A stretch of DNA of 63,600 nt, filler included, from Vannella sp. (taxonomy: Eukaryota): NCBI GenBank assembly GCA_023345925.1. It is 8 parts of 8 records of this genome, joined end to end, with 100 filler letters (N's around TTAATTAATTAA, not from the genome) between each part and the next. Parts side by side here need not be neighbours in the genome. Positions count along the whole stretch, not along the records: positions 52,014 to 59,857 come from JAJQQN010000569.1; positions 59,958 to 63,600 come from JAJQQN010000782.1; 6 more parts are not named here. One strand, given 5' to 3'. A program made the position numbers and the translations under genes. Below the pieces are notes generated by a model. It saw only the letters and a list, made by a program, of their open reading frames with translations. It searched no databases and had not been told where the DNA came from. Positions 52,606-63,600 of the stretch are shown here, piece by piece. Within the stretch, counting starts at the first letter, position 1. Each line of letters starts with the position of its first letter.

Positions 52606-55600
52606 TCAGAGGGTTGTTTCTTGAGCAAGTCCTTCGTTGGACTCATTATCCTCAAGTACTGCCCTTCTCGGCACCCTTTTCTTGCGTGATCCAGAACGCT
52701 TTGCTGGCCTGAAACTTAAAGTCGGGCAGCATTTGATGGTAAGGCCGACACACTGTGTGTCAGAGCAAAGGAGAGTTTGGTCACCGTTCCTCACAATATG
52801 CTTGACACTTTCGCTCTCCTCCCAAGGAGCTGAATGAACTTTGCTAAGTGTCCAGTCAAAGACATGAAGAGTATCTGATACAAAGCACCACAAGCTATTG
52901 TTGACAAACTGCCCAATAGTTGGAGTACCTTCTGGACTGCTAAATTGACGGAAAACTTGAACTTTGATGCCGTTTCCTTTTGGATCTGAAATCATCCAAA
53001 CTCGTATCTCATCCGCGTAGCTCACAAGTTTACCCTCAAGAGCACTGAGACACCGAATTCGAGAAGAGTGAGCACACCAGAACTTCAAAGCCTTCAAAGT
53101 GATCCCGTCGAGGATGTAAATCCACTTCTGGGTTCCAATAATTGCATAGTTGTCCATCTGACATATTGTGTTTACGCTTATCCTCTGCTCACCAGGAGGA
53201 GAAGCAATAGTCATCTTCTTGAAAGTAGTACAATCCTTAGGATCCCAAACACGGACCATTCCTTCGCTATCTGGTGGGCCATAGGTCCAAACGCGGGACT
53301 CCTCCCTCACTTGGATCCATTGAGCATTGCAGAAGACATTTGCTGGCTCCTCTTCAACAAAGCTCCAGAGTTCATAGTATGTCTTGACGTCCCAGCAGTA
53401 AATACTCCCAATGGAAGAGATGCTCCAAATGATGTCAGCTTCAAAGCTGTTGTGTGTGGCAGGAATAAACAATAGAGAAGTTACTTGTTCTGTAAAGGCA
53501 GAGAATTGCGCTATCGAATTCATAGCCAAATCGTAAATGTGAATATCTCCTGTGTCGGTCCCTATCCAATAAGTGTCGCATCGTGTGGCAGAAATGGCAG
53601 TGATTTGGAAGTCAAATTGCTGAGTGAAATCAAACGTTGCATCGCCAGGTAAGTTTCTTGGGCCAAGTTCTTCTTTCAATTGAGTTTCCAAACCTCTTCG
53701 CGCGGCCAGAGTAAGTTTCTGTGAAGATGACCTTGGAGAGAGCTCTAAAGCTGGCTGTACTGGGCTAATTGGGGGGCTGGCTTTTGTCTGGTCACGCCAT
53801 GTACTTTTCTCTGGAGGGCTACTCGCTTTGCTTTGGGAACGAGGTTTTTCCTTTCGTGGGGTTACCAGAGACCATTGAGACTGGGCTTTCCGAAGTGGGT
53901 TGGGTGCCTCCAAAGGCCCTTTTTTCTCACATTCCGCTTCTTTCGAGTACTTTCTGACCTGGAAGCAGTCACTCCTCCGCTGATTGAGTCTCGATCGATC
54001 TTTTCTTGGAACCACTGAATTCCATTGGGACTGGACCTTGCCACTAGTGGATGTACATAACGATTGGATATCAGAATTGGTAGGCTCAGAACTTGTGATG
54101 TCCTCGAACTCTTCCATTGGTTCAACTGGTTCATCTTGCACAAGAGACCGATGAATGAGCTTCAACTGGTCCGCTATTTTGTCGAAAGAAGGGCGCCGCT
54201 GTGGCACTGGACCCCAGCACTGTTCAATTAAGACAGCTAGTCCAATGGGGGCACTAGCGATAATCAGTGATCGAGTAGAATAGCTGTCTTAGAAGAAGTA
54301 CCTTTCAGGAATCTGGGGACGCACTCCCTCCATTACTCGTGCAGGAATGTTAAAACTGCTTATGTTGAGACTGACAAACGGCTTCTCCCCAGTAAGGATC
54401 TCCCAGAGAAGCATGCCAAAACTGTATACTAAGGAATGTCAGCCTTAGCCGCACTACCGACAGGGAGTCCAACTCACCATCCACAGCAAAGGAATACTCT
54501 CCGTTGCCAGAGAAAACTTCAGGGGCTATCCACGCTTCGGTACCTGTCAGCTTGAACCCAATCTCTCTTGGTTTGACTCACCTGTAGTACCAACGTTCAT
54601 GGTCATTCTCCGTTTGCTGGCGTACACCCGAGAGACTCCAAAATCAATGAGCGAGATAGAAAGATCCGCTCCCACGAGTACGTTGGCTGATTTAAGATCT
54701 CTATGAAGCAATCCACATTTGTGCATATGTCTCATAGCCTAGAAGGAGAAAGGATGATCAGTAGGAGGAGGAAAAGGATCGGGAGACGGCGAACCTCTGC
54801 AATCTTCATCGCCATTTCCAGCATCGTTGTCAGATTATATCTTTGGCTTTGGATAACCACTTCTAGGCTACCAAACTCTGTACAAAGAGGTTGGTCAAGG
54901 ACAAAGGGGCCAGAAAGGTCGACTTACCGCGAATTGGCATCACTAAGAAGGGCTCCTGATCTGTTTCATTGGCTCCTAAGCACTGCAGGATGTTTGGGTG
55001 CTCTATTAGGCTCATAAGAGCCACTTCGAAGCGAAAGGACTCCACTCCATCATTGAACAAGCCCAACTTTCCGCACACTTTGATGGCAACCTCTCTTTTG
55101 GAGTCCTGTGAGTTCACAGCAGACCTTAAGGGAGTGCAAACCAACCTGCCATTCCATTGTCCTCGATAGACAGTCCCACCTGAGCCTTTGGCTACTTCTG
55201 GACCGAAAACGAGCTCGTCGCGGTTGATGATGTGGAAAGGGGCGATCAGACCCTGTTGGCCATAGGACAAGAGTCTTGGTATCATTCCCGCTTCAAATAT
55301 CCTCTTGCGAAGTCCCTCAATCCGCTCCACTGCTCAAAGAGTCAGCACAACAACCGCAAAGGTGTCTCCCTCCTGACCTGGGTAAGACATCATGCAGAGA
55401 ATCTGAGCTATTGTAACGGATGTGTCTGTCTCTGTTGTGATCGCACTGATAAGAGATTGCAAACGGTCTTCAGGAAGCTGGCCAACAAGGTCTACGCAGG
55501 AAATGAGCAAAGCGTCCCTTCTCCCTTCTAACGTACCAAGCCAAGTGATCCTGTTCATGTCCAAGGACTGAACCCATTGCATTGCATTCGCCAACTTCTT

Positions 55601-55661
55601 CATCTACGATCAGTCTCAGCCGCAAACAGTACAACGGATGACCCACCTTATCCTTCCTCAT
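52606..55661 (-). CDS. TKL protein kinase with C-terminal WD40-like propeller, copy 1 (start may lie further upstream)
   Basis: KGSGGTVY, VAIK, HRDLKSAN, DFG, WIAPE, then a beta-propeller-like region. Confidence 0.85.
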
Positions 55662-55884
55662 TATCGGGGACGCAAGAAAATGGGTCCCAAGAGGGGTCCC
55701 AAGAGGCCCTTTCCACTCACTTCCCATTTCTTCACTTTTAGTAATCCTCCATTTTCTGATGCTTTTTGCCATATCTGATTGGGAACTGGTTCGATGGGAT
55801 TGGTGGGGTCGGTCGTCATATTTATCGGCCTTGTCTCCGTTGGGAGAAGTGCGTGCTCGGATGACCAATGGGAAAGGTTCGTTG

Positions 55885-58574
55885 TTAAAATTTATTGAGG
55901 AGCACTTCTTTGACGTTGAGGCCAATGCACCGGCGATCGGAGCAAATCAACTTCTGATTGCCATTCACCAGGAAATACTTGACTCTGTCTTGGTCCATCC
56001 AAGGAGACTTGAATTGCTCGCATAGCATTGAATCATACACCGAAAGGGTTCCAGAGACAAAGCACCAGAGATCAGTATTCACACATTGACCCAGGGAGGG
56101 AGTGCCTTCTGGGCCTTCGAACGGGTGGAGTTGGACTTTCGTTATCCTCTCCTCCTCCCCAGAAACAGCCCACACTCGTATTTCTTTGGCTATGCTGACC
56201 AGCTTGTCTCCGAATGTACACAAACTGTGGACGGGAGAAGAATGCGCGCTCCATACTTTCAGAGTTCTTGAAGTGATGCCATCGAGGATGTAAATCCACC
56301 TCTGTGTTCCCAGCACTGCATAGTTTCCCATCTGACAGATTGTTGTTACTTTAACTTCCTCTGAGCAGCCAGGCGGGGGGACAATGACCACAGATTGGAA
56401 AGTGTTATCCATTGGATCCCAAATACGGAGGACACAGTCTGTTCCCTTTGTCGGACCGTAGCTCCAAATACGAGAGTTTCGCCTCACACGGATCCAATAT
56501 GCATTGCTGAGGTCATCATCAGGGCTTTCTTCTTCAAAGCTCCAGGTCCGTTCACACGTGGCATCCTCCCAGCAGGAGATTCCTCCTCCTTTGGAGAAAC
56601 TCCAAATGGTATCAGTTCCTCCGTGGTTGTGTGAAGCCGGAACAAATAGCAAGGCGTTCACTCTCTCGGCGTGTGCAGAGAACTGTGAGACAAGCTTCAT
56701 GGTTGAGTCGAAGATATGGATTTCTCCAGACTCGGTGCCGACCCAATAATGGCCACTCTTAGTCACTGTAATGGCAGTGACTTCAAATTCAAATTGCATC
56801 GAAAAGGTGAGCGTGGCTTTGGAAGGGAGAGTACAGATCCGATCGCAATCCTCCTTCGTGTTATCGTGCTTTTTGGCAAGGTTTGATAAGGCCATATGGT
56901 TTGGGTTAGGAGGAGAATGTGGGGGTTGCTCGTTCCCTTTTCTCATTGTCGCAGGACTGGAATGCAATATATGAGTCCGTGTGGACACTCGCCAAGATTG
57001 AGCCTCAATATCAAAAGGGTCTTGACCCTCTCGCTCGGGTAATTCCCACGTTTTGACGTTTTCAGATTCTAATATTTCAATGATCTTCTCAAAGGAGGGC
57101 CTCTTTTTCGGGTTCGAGCACCAGCATTGTTCTATCAATCTTACCAGATCGCTCGGAGCACTAAGTTGTTGGTCAGTTGATAGCTTTGCAACTTTAGGAT
57201 GAGAGCTACCTTTCAGGTATCAGAGGGCGAATTCCTTCCACCACACGCATGGGAATATCGAAACTGCTGATTTTAAGGCTTTCATACGGTTTTTCCTCGG
57301 TTAGGAACTCCCAAAGAATCATCCCGAAGCTGTAAACTACCCAAGAGTTGGCTTTTCCTCTTCAGATCTCCCTTTTCATTCGCTTACCATCCACAGCAGA
57401 CGTGTACACCCCATTTCCAGAAAACACCTCGGGAGCAATCCAAGCTTCCTCCTTGGTTCAGTTTGTGTGCTCCATGTTGGTACAGATAGACATACCTGGG
57501 GTACCTATGTTCATCGTCATTGGTCGCTTTGTGAGACACACTCGCGAGATCCCAAAATCGATAACAGCAATTGAGAAGTTTGTCCCCACGAGAATGTTTG
57601 CTGGCTTAAGGTCTCGATGAATAATGCCACACGAGTGAATGTAATCCATAGCCTGAATCGGCGATTAGACAACAAAGTAGAAGAAATGGGAAATAAGAAC
57701 CTTTGCTATCTTCCTCGCCATTTCCAGCTTTGTCACTAGCTTGTAGGGCTGTCTACGGATCAGTTCTTCTAAGCTACCACGCTCTGTAACAGCGGTTAGG
57801 GATCTCAGCAGAGCAAGTCATCGGCTCACCGTAGATTGGCAAGATCAAGAAGGGCTCCTCGTCGGTCTCATTGGCTCCAAGGCACGTCAATACATTAGGA
57901 TGATCAAGTAGATTCATCAATGTGACCTCAAAGCGGAAGGCCTCAACGCCGTCATTGAACATTCCCAACTTTCCGCACAATTTGATGGCTACCTCTCTGG
58001 GAGTCTCCCGTGAGTCCTTGTCAAAGGCAGAGGGCATTCTGAGCGTACTTCTGTTTCCATTGGCCTTGGTAGACTACCCCACCCGAACCTTTGGCTATAA
58101 TTGGCCCAAAGAGGAGCTCCTCCCTTTCGATTGTTCGGTAGAAAGAGATCAAGCCCTGTTGGCCATAGGAGAGTAGAACAGGTATCAAACCTGCGCTAAC
58201 GATTCTCTTCCGAAGGCCCTCAATTAGCTCCTCTACGCAGAAGCATAAGTAGCCACCGCCAGACTCGCTCAAGGACCAACCTGGATAGGTCACTTTGCAG
58301 AGCAGACGAGCGATTCCAAGTAGATTCTCGTCCTCCTTGTGCTTCCTTGGTACCAGTGCTTTAATGAGCGATTGTATCCTCTCCTCTGTCAGCATCCCAA
58401 CAAGTTCTAACCCCACACATTGAGCCAACGCGCCCTCTTCTCCCCAGCTCACGTACCAGGCATAGTGACAACATCAAGGTCAATGGATTGGACCCAAAGC
58501 AGTCCCTTCCTCAACGGTTAGACCCAACAGCGCAAACATCTCAAGACATCACCACTCACCCTCCCTTTCCGCAT
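55885..58574 (-). CDS. TKL protein kinase with C-terminal WD40-like propeller, copy 2
   Basis: Tandem paralogue with matching exon structure. HRDLKPAN, DFG, WIAPE. Confidence 0.85.
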
Positions 58575-58632
58575 GGCTCGCTCAACCCACCAACAGGAGC
58601 ACTCCAAAAAATATCCCAAAAAATATCTCAAC

Positions 58633-59598
58633 TCAGGAAGAGGGGCGGTGTAAGGCTTCCAGAACTTCTCGGGCTCGCGTTTGGTACTCAACGAAGGAAG
58701 CGTCTGTTTGGAAGAGGCGACGGAGATGGAGAACTTCGGTGGGGATCTGAGTGGCGAGAGATGCCGCCCCTCGACGGCCTTGGCGTCTTCCTTGGACGTT
58801 CTTGACGAGCTCCAGAGATTTGACGAGGTGGAAGCGTAGAAGCCAATGCTCCATGGGGGTGGTGGTTGGGTTGTTCAGCTTCCCTTCAAACGGAAAGAGG
58901 GGTTCTTGGAAGCTCTCTTTCAGGCAGAGCGTGCAAGTAGCGTGGAAGGGGAGTGCAAGTTGGCACGAAGGCAGCTCGCGATCCTCTTGGTGCTCCTGCT
59001 TCCAGAGGAACAAAAACCACTTCTTCTGAGGAGTACGGTGAGGAACATCCATCACCAGATGTCCTACAAGACCGACAGAACGAGCCATCTTGACAAAGAG
59101 CTCCGCATGTGCAGGACCTGTTGGGTACAGCTGAAAGATCGCTCTTCCGCCCTCTTGAAGGCACCGCAGGACCTCACTCATGAACGATCGGATTCTAGGT
59201 TCGTCAGAGAGCCATTGAATCACTGAAATGGAGATGATACCAGACAAGGAAGCGTCTTTGAACGGCAAAAGCTCGCCACAGTCCCCACAGAACACATCAG
59301 AGGAAGTTCCTTTCAAGAAAGGACGGGCAATCTCCAGCATTGGAGCTGAGATGTCGAACCCTATGACGTAAGAACCTGGTAACAACTTCTCAATGACTTT
59401 GGTCGAGAGTCCTGAACCACATCCAAGATCAAGCACGACACCGCTCCCACCAACCCGTCCTAGGTGAAACAGAACCAGAGCTGATTTCGTCAGTTCCTCC
59501 TGAACTCGCTGGTTGCGATCGTGGTACTCCTGAGGAACCTCTCCCGAGAAGAACTTTGTCGCGCCAACAGGAAGGTGTTCTGGCCTCGCATGAGCCAT
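58633..59598 (-). CDS. BUD23/WBSCR22-like SAM-dependent methyltransferase, intronless
   Basis: RPEH N-terminus, LDLGCGSGLS, ISISVIQWL, RAIFQLYP. Divergent C-terminus. Confidence 0.8.
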   Translation of the reverse strand: MAHARPEHLPVGATKFFSGEVPQEYHDRNQRVQEELTKSALVLFHLGRVGGSGVVLDLGCGSGLSTKVIEKLLPGSYVIGFDISAPMLEIARPFLKGTSSDVFCGDCGELLPFKDASLSGIISISVIQWLSDEPRIRSFMSEVLRCLQEGGRAIFQLYPTGPAHAELFVKMARSVGLVGHLVMDVPHRTPQKKWFLFLWKQEHQEDRELPSCQLALPFHATCTLCLKESFQEPLFPFEGKLNNPTTTPMEHWLLRFHLVKSLELVKNVQGRRQGRRGAASLATQIPTEVLHLRRLFQTDASFVEYQTRAREVLEALHRPSS

Positions 59599-59632
59599 GT
59601 AGAGCCAACAGGAGACAAATGAATGAACAAGT

Positions 59633-59857
59633 TTATAACAGGGAGCAAGGAGCCTTCTTTTTGATGGGTTTGGAGGATGGAGGAGCGATCACCGAGCGGA
59701 TGGCTTCGTCGAAGACGTTCTTCAAGCCCTGCTGTGTGTAGGCGGAGCATTCGATGTACTTCGTTGCGTTGATCTGCTTTGAGCATTCCAGTCCCTCGGC
59801 AAAGGTGACGGGATGGAGGTCGCGCTCTGTCAAACGGGAGATGATGGCGGAGTCATC
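59633..59857 (-). CDS. Rac/Rho-family small GTPase, 3' fragment
   Basis: KYIECSAYTQQGLKNVFDEAIR, polybasic stretch and CaaX CSLL. Confidence 0.93.
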   Translation of the reverse strand, partial: DDSAIISRLTERDLHPVTFAEGLECSKQINATKYIECSAYTQQGLKNVFDEAIRSVIAPPSSKPIKKKAPCSLL

Positions 59858-59957
59858 NNNNNNNNNNNNNNNNNNNNNNNNNNNNNNNNNNNNNNNNNNN
59901 NTTAATTAATTAANNNNNNNNNNNNNNNNNNNNNNNNNNNNNNNNNNNNNNNNNNNN
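59858..59957. other. artificial contig spacer
   Basis: N44-TTAATTAATTAA-N44. Confidence 0.98.
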
Positions 59958-59960
59958 AAC

Positions 59961-60034
59961 AGCCGTTTAGCTCAGTTGGTCAGAGCGTGGCACTAATAAT
60001 GCCAAGGTCGTGGGTTCAATCCCCACAATGGCTA
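59961..60034 (+). tRNA. tRNA-Ile (AAT)
   Basis: Acceptor AGCCGTT/AATGGCT, anticodon arm TGGCA-CT-AAT-AA-TGCCA, T loop TTCAATC. Confidence 0.95.
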
Positions 60035-60046
60035 CCTTTCCCTTCC

Positions 60047-60130
60047 GACGACTTGGTCGAGTGGTCTAAGACGATAGACTAGAAATCTATTCCTGGCAAC
60101 GGGGCGCAGGTTCGAGTCCTGCAGTCGTCG
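60047..60130 (+). tRNA. tRNA-Ser (AGA)
   Basis: Acceptor GACGACT/AGTCGTC, anticodon arm ATAGA-CT-AGA-AA-TCTAT, long variable arm, T5 run at 60136-60140. Confidence 0.95.
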
Positions 60131-60242
60131 AATACTTTTTCTCTTTTTCTCTTGTTCTGTTTCGTTTCGGTCGGTTTTTCCAGGGCGGAGGCTTGAATGT
60201 GAAAAGGAGAAAAATGGGGGAAAGTATTCCTTTTGGCGCACC

Positions 60243-63200
60243 ATGGCCAGGCGAGTTCAGCTGGAGATTGGAGGAATGACTTGCGCGAGCTGCTCTCAAA
60301 TGATTGAGAGTTACGTTGGGAATCAACATGGTGTGGATTTGGTGAACGTCAATCTTGTGATGAACTCAGGGGTGGTGGTGTACCGTTTGCCATTGAGTGC
60401 GACTTTAGTGGTGGAGTTGGTCACGGATGTTCGTTCTCTCCATGTCTCTGGTGGTACTCTGAACTTAATTTCGACTTTAGCTTGGTTTTACTGCCTCCGT
60501 GGTTGTAGATGAGGCCTCGGACCCCGGTCCGATTCCGAAACGAGTTGATCTATCCATTGGCGGGATGACTTGCGCGTCTTGCGTTAGCATGATTGAAAGT
60601 GTACTGTCTACAGAGGAAGGAATCCTCTCTGTTTCTATCAACCTCCTCACCAGCAGCGGAGTGGTAGAGTTTGTTGCTCCTGCCACTCCTCAGACAGTTG
60701 TGTCAGCTATTGAGGATGTATGTGGCCTCAAATGTACCTTTTTCTATCTAACATGACTTAGCTTTCGTTCACTGCATCTATCAATGGTGTCAGCGAGGTC
60801 AGTCAACTACAAATAAGCGGCAAAGGGTCGGCAAAGAGCGTTCCGAGCACTCTACGCGTCATTGTGCTTGATCTGAAGCCAGAAGACGAAGAGAATCTTT
60901 TCAGGGTGTTGAAGGAAGAGGGTGTGGCGGACATATGGGGAGAAACCAACGCTGCAGGCCAACGACTTCTGGTCATCACTTACCAGGCGGCTCAAGTGGG
61001 CATTCGGAAGGTTCTCCAAGCGATTAACGAAGCTGGCTACGCATATGAAAGACCTAGCGGTGAGGCCAATCCACAGGTTTCTGTGCATGAGAAGGAGAGA
61101 AGCACTACTGCCCGACTTTTTGGGACTAGCGTGCTTCTTGCTGCCCCGCTCATGGCGATAATGGTCTATATGATCTTATTCCCAATGTCTCCACTTCTGA
61201 TGAAACAAGTGGTGCCCAATGTGACTTATGTGTCACTCCTTCAGTGGGTATTGGCCACTCCAGTGCAATTTTTTGTGGGCAAGAGGTTCTACAAAGGGGC
61301 GTGGGCGTCTCTATCCCATGGAGGTGCTAACATGGATGTGCTGGTGGCCTTGGCTACTAGTATCTCTTACTTTTACTCTGCCTTAAGTGTAGTTTATGGG
61401 TACCTTCATCCCAACTTCACAGGTGAGTCCGTGCTCAAGAGAATGCACACCCTGTAACTCTCACTAGTGACGGTTTTCTTTGATACTTCGACAATGTTGA
61501 TCACTTTCATCCTTCTTGGAAAGTACCTCGAGATCATAGCAAAAGGGAGGACCACTGATGCAATCAGCCAACTTGTCTCTTTGCGGGTAAGTGCTTCGTC
61601 TCAAGGTTCCTTTTTATCTGATTTGAGTTTCTAGGCAGAGACTGCGACAGTCCTTAATGACGACGGGAATGGAGAGTTGCTGGAAGAAATTTTGGACGTG
61701 GATTTACTCCAAGTCGGTGATATAATGAAAGTGGCTCCAGGGGAGAAGATTCCGACTGATGGAGAGATTGTTCGAGGTTCTACCACTGTAAATCAATCGA
61801 TGATTACTGGAGAATCAATGCCAGTCCTCAGGCAGATAGGAGACCCAGTGATTGGAGGAACTATTAACACGCAAGGATTGATCCATGTCCGAGCATCAAA
61901 CGTTGGAAATGACACTGGACTGGCGCGAATCATCCGGTTGGTTCAAGAAGCCCAAGGCACAAAAGCTCCCATTCAGCGCTACGCTGATCGCATATCGGGC
62001 ATTTTCGTACCTTCTGTATTGGTCCTATCTCTTATGACGTTTTGCATTTGGATGGTTCTCTGCCATTTTGATTTCCTTCCAGAGGGAGTCCTTCCCGAGG
62101 ACTCGAATCCTTTCCAGTTCTCGTTACTTTTTGCTATTTCAGTCATAGTGATTGCGTGCCCATGTGCTCTTGGCCTTGCTACTCCTACAGCCGTAATGGT
62201 AGGGACTGGAATGGGTGCTCAAAACGGTATGTGAGCAAACAGGCATAGCAGTGGAACTAATTTATTCCGAAAAGGTGTCCTTATTAAAGGAGGACAAGCT
62301 CTGGAACTAGCACATGGAATCACGACTATTCTCTTTGACAAAACTGGAACACTCACAGAAGGAAAGCTGCGCATAACAGATACCGTCCTTTTCGTTCCGA
62401 AGCTCAGCGAGACAAAATTTTACACCATGTTGGGTTCAGCAGAGCTTGGAAGCATTCATCCAATTGCCAAATCAATCGTTGACCATGCTCAAGGTATCTC
62501 TTGCAAATTATCCCAGCCTGATGAGTGCAAGGATCTCCCTGGACTCGGAGTTGAGTGCATTCTTGAAGGCAAGATCCTTTTCATTGGAAATCGTGCTTTG
62601 ATAGAATCCAAGTCAATCCCAATTTCTGGGGAAATAGATACAGAGATCACCACCTTAGAAATGCAATGCAAAACTGTCGTTCTTGCAGCCAACGAGACAG
62701 AAATCCTTGGAATTTGCGCTATTGCAGACAACATCAAGGCAGAAGCAAAAGCTACCATCACGGAGCTCAAAAGGAGGAAGATAGAGATTTGGATGGTGAC
62801 AGGAGATAACAAACATACCGCCCGTGCAGTAGCCCAAGCGGTTGGAATTGAAAACGTTTATGCACAAGTCCTTCCAGATCAAAAGGTGGACAAAGTTAGG
62901 CAACTTCAGAACCGAGGAGCCAAAGTGGCCATGGTTGGAGATGGAGTCAACGACTCCCCATCTTTAGCTACAGCTGACATCGGTATCGCGATTGGTGCGG
63001 GGACGGTCAGTACAAACATGATGCTTTCTTTTTTGATCTGACTTGTAATGTAGGATATTGCTATTGAGTCTGCTGATATGGTTCTGGTCCAAAATGATCT
63101 TTGGGGTGTGGTCACTGCTTTAGATCTCAGCAGGATCACTTTCCGGAGAATCAAACTTAACTTCTGCTGGGCAATGATCTACAATCTTGCTGGTATTCCT

Positions 63201-63344
63201 TTGGCGGCCGGACTTTTTGTTATCCCCTTTGGAATAATCATTCCTCCAATGGCAGCAGGGGCTGCAATGGCATTTTCCTCAGTTTCCGTGGTATGTTCAT
63301 CTCTGCTTCTCAGAAACTATCAACCTCCTTTGCGGATGAAGTAG
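60243..63344 (+). CDS. copper-transporting P1B-type ATPase (ATP7/RAN1/CCC2-like)
   Basis: Two GMTCASC domains, TGES, CPC, DKTGT, HP, TGDN, GDGVND, YN and MAFSS. Multi-exon. Confidence 0.95.
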
Positions 63345-63412
63345 CAAAGAAAACAAACCCTAAAAAGCATCTTCATCAAACAATAAGATGGATTAGCAAT
63401 GGGAAAAAGATA

Positions 63413-63483
63413 TGCATCAGCCGGGAATCGAACCCGGGTCCAACGCTTGGAAGGCGTCGATGCTGCCACTATACCACTGATGC
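63413..63483 (-). tRNA. tRNA-Gly (TCC)
   Basis: Acceptor GCATCAG/CTGATGC, anticodon arm GACGC-CT-TCC-AA-GCGTT, GGTTCGATTCC. Confidence 0.95.
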
Positions 63484-63600
63484 GAGCATCAAAAAATGAG
63501 GATTGTGCTTTATAAAATGTTGTTTTTCTTTTTGTTTATTTTATCGAAATTGGAGGATTCACCCTCTTTTTCCTGGCTTGCACTTGCTTGTTTGTTTTAG

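Overview
This window is eukaryotic and is not one locus. It is eight contigs (1-2942, 3043-15978, 16079-23534, 23635-30959, 31060-40394, 40495-51913, 52014-59857, 59958-63600) joined by artificial 100-nt N44-TTAATTAATTAA-N44 spacers. The genome is very compact, uses the standard genetic code and has many short (~35-60 nt) GT-AG introns. Gene content suggests an amoeba-like protist, possibly Amoebozoa (inference): Rac GTPases, TKL receptor kinases with beta-helix ectodomains, and GPS-motif mucin-like proteins. Recognisable genes are two Rac fragments, homodimeric cytidine deaminase, PEX5, glutamate dehydrogenase, VPS26, a GATA factor, a gamma-tubulin complex protein, RAD51B, RPL13, RPS16, two TVP38/TMEM64, PPAT, DDX11, WDR48, ERO1, a BUD23-like methyltransferase, a Cu P1B-ATPase and three tRNAs. 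The most unusual parts are non-coding. (i) An accessory island at ~16.1-19.7 kb holds a Crinkler-like NTPase, a 220-bp MITE with an 11-bp flanking duplication, two dispersed repeats, a DHHC pseudogene, and a secreted-protein cassette bounded by a 22-bp direct repeat plus telomere-type heptamers. (ii) Two candidate structured RNAs lie at 283-486 and ~39264-39597. (iii) A TCATTT initiator-like motif precedes many ATGs that sit only ~30-95 nt after the upstream stop. (iv) Intron acceptors appear to be positioned by distance from the branch point. (v) tRNA-Ile and tRNA-Ser probably form one transcript. I cannot establish a complete novel multi-gene system from the sequence alone. Multi-exon gene coordinates are manual outer bounds, and all family calls come from motif recognition, not database searches.
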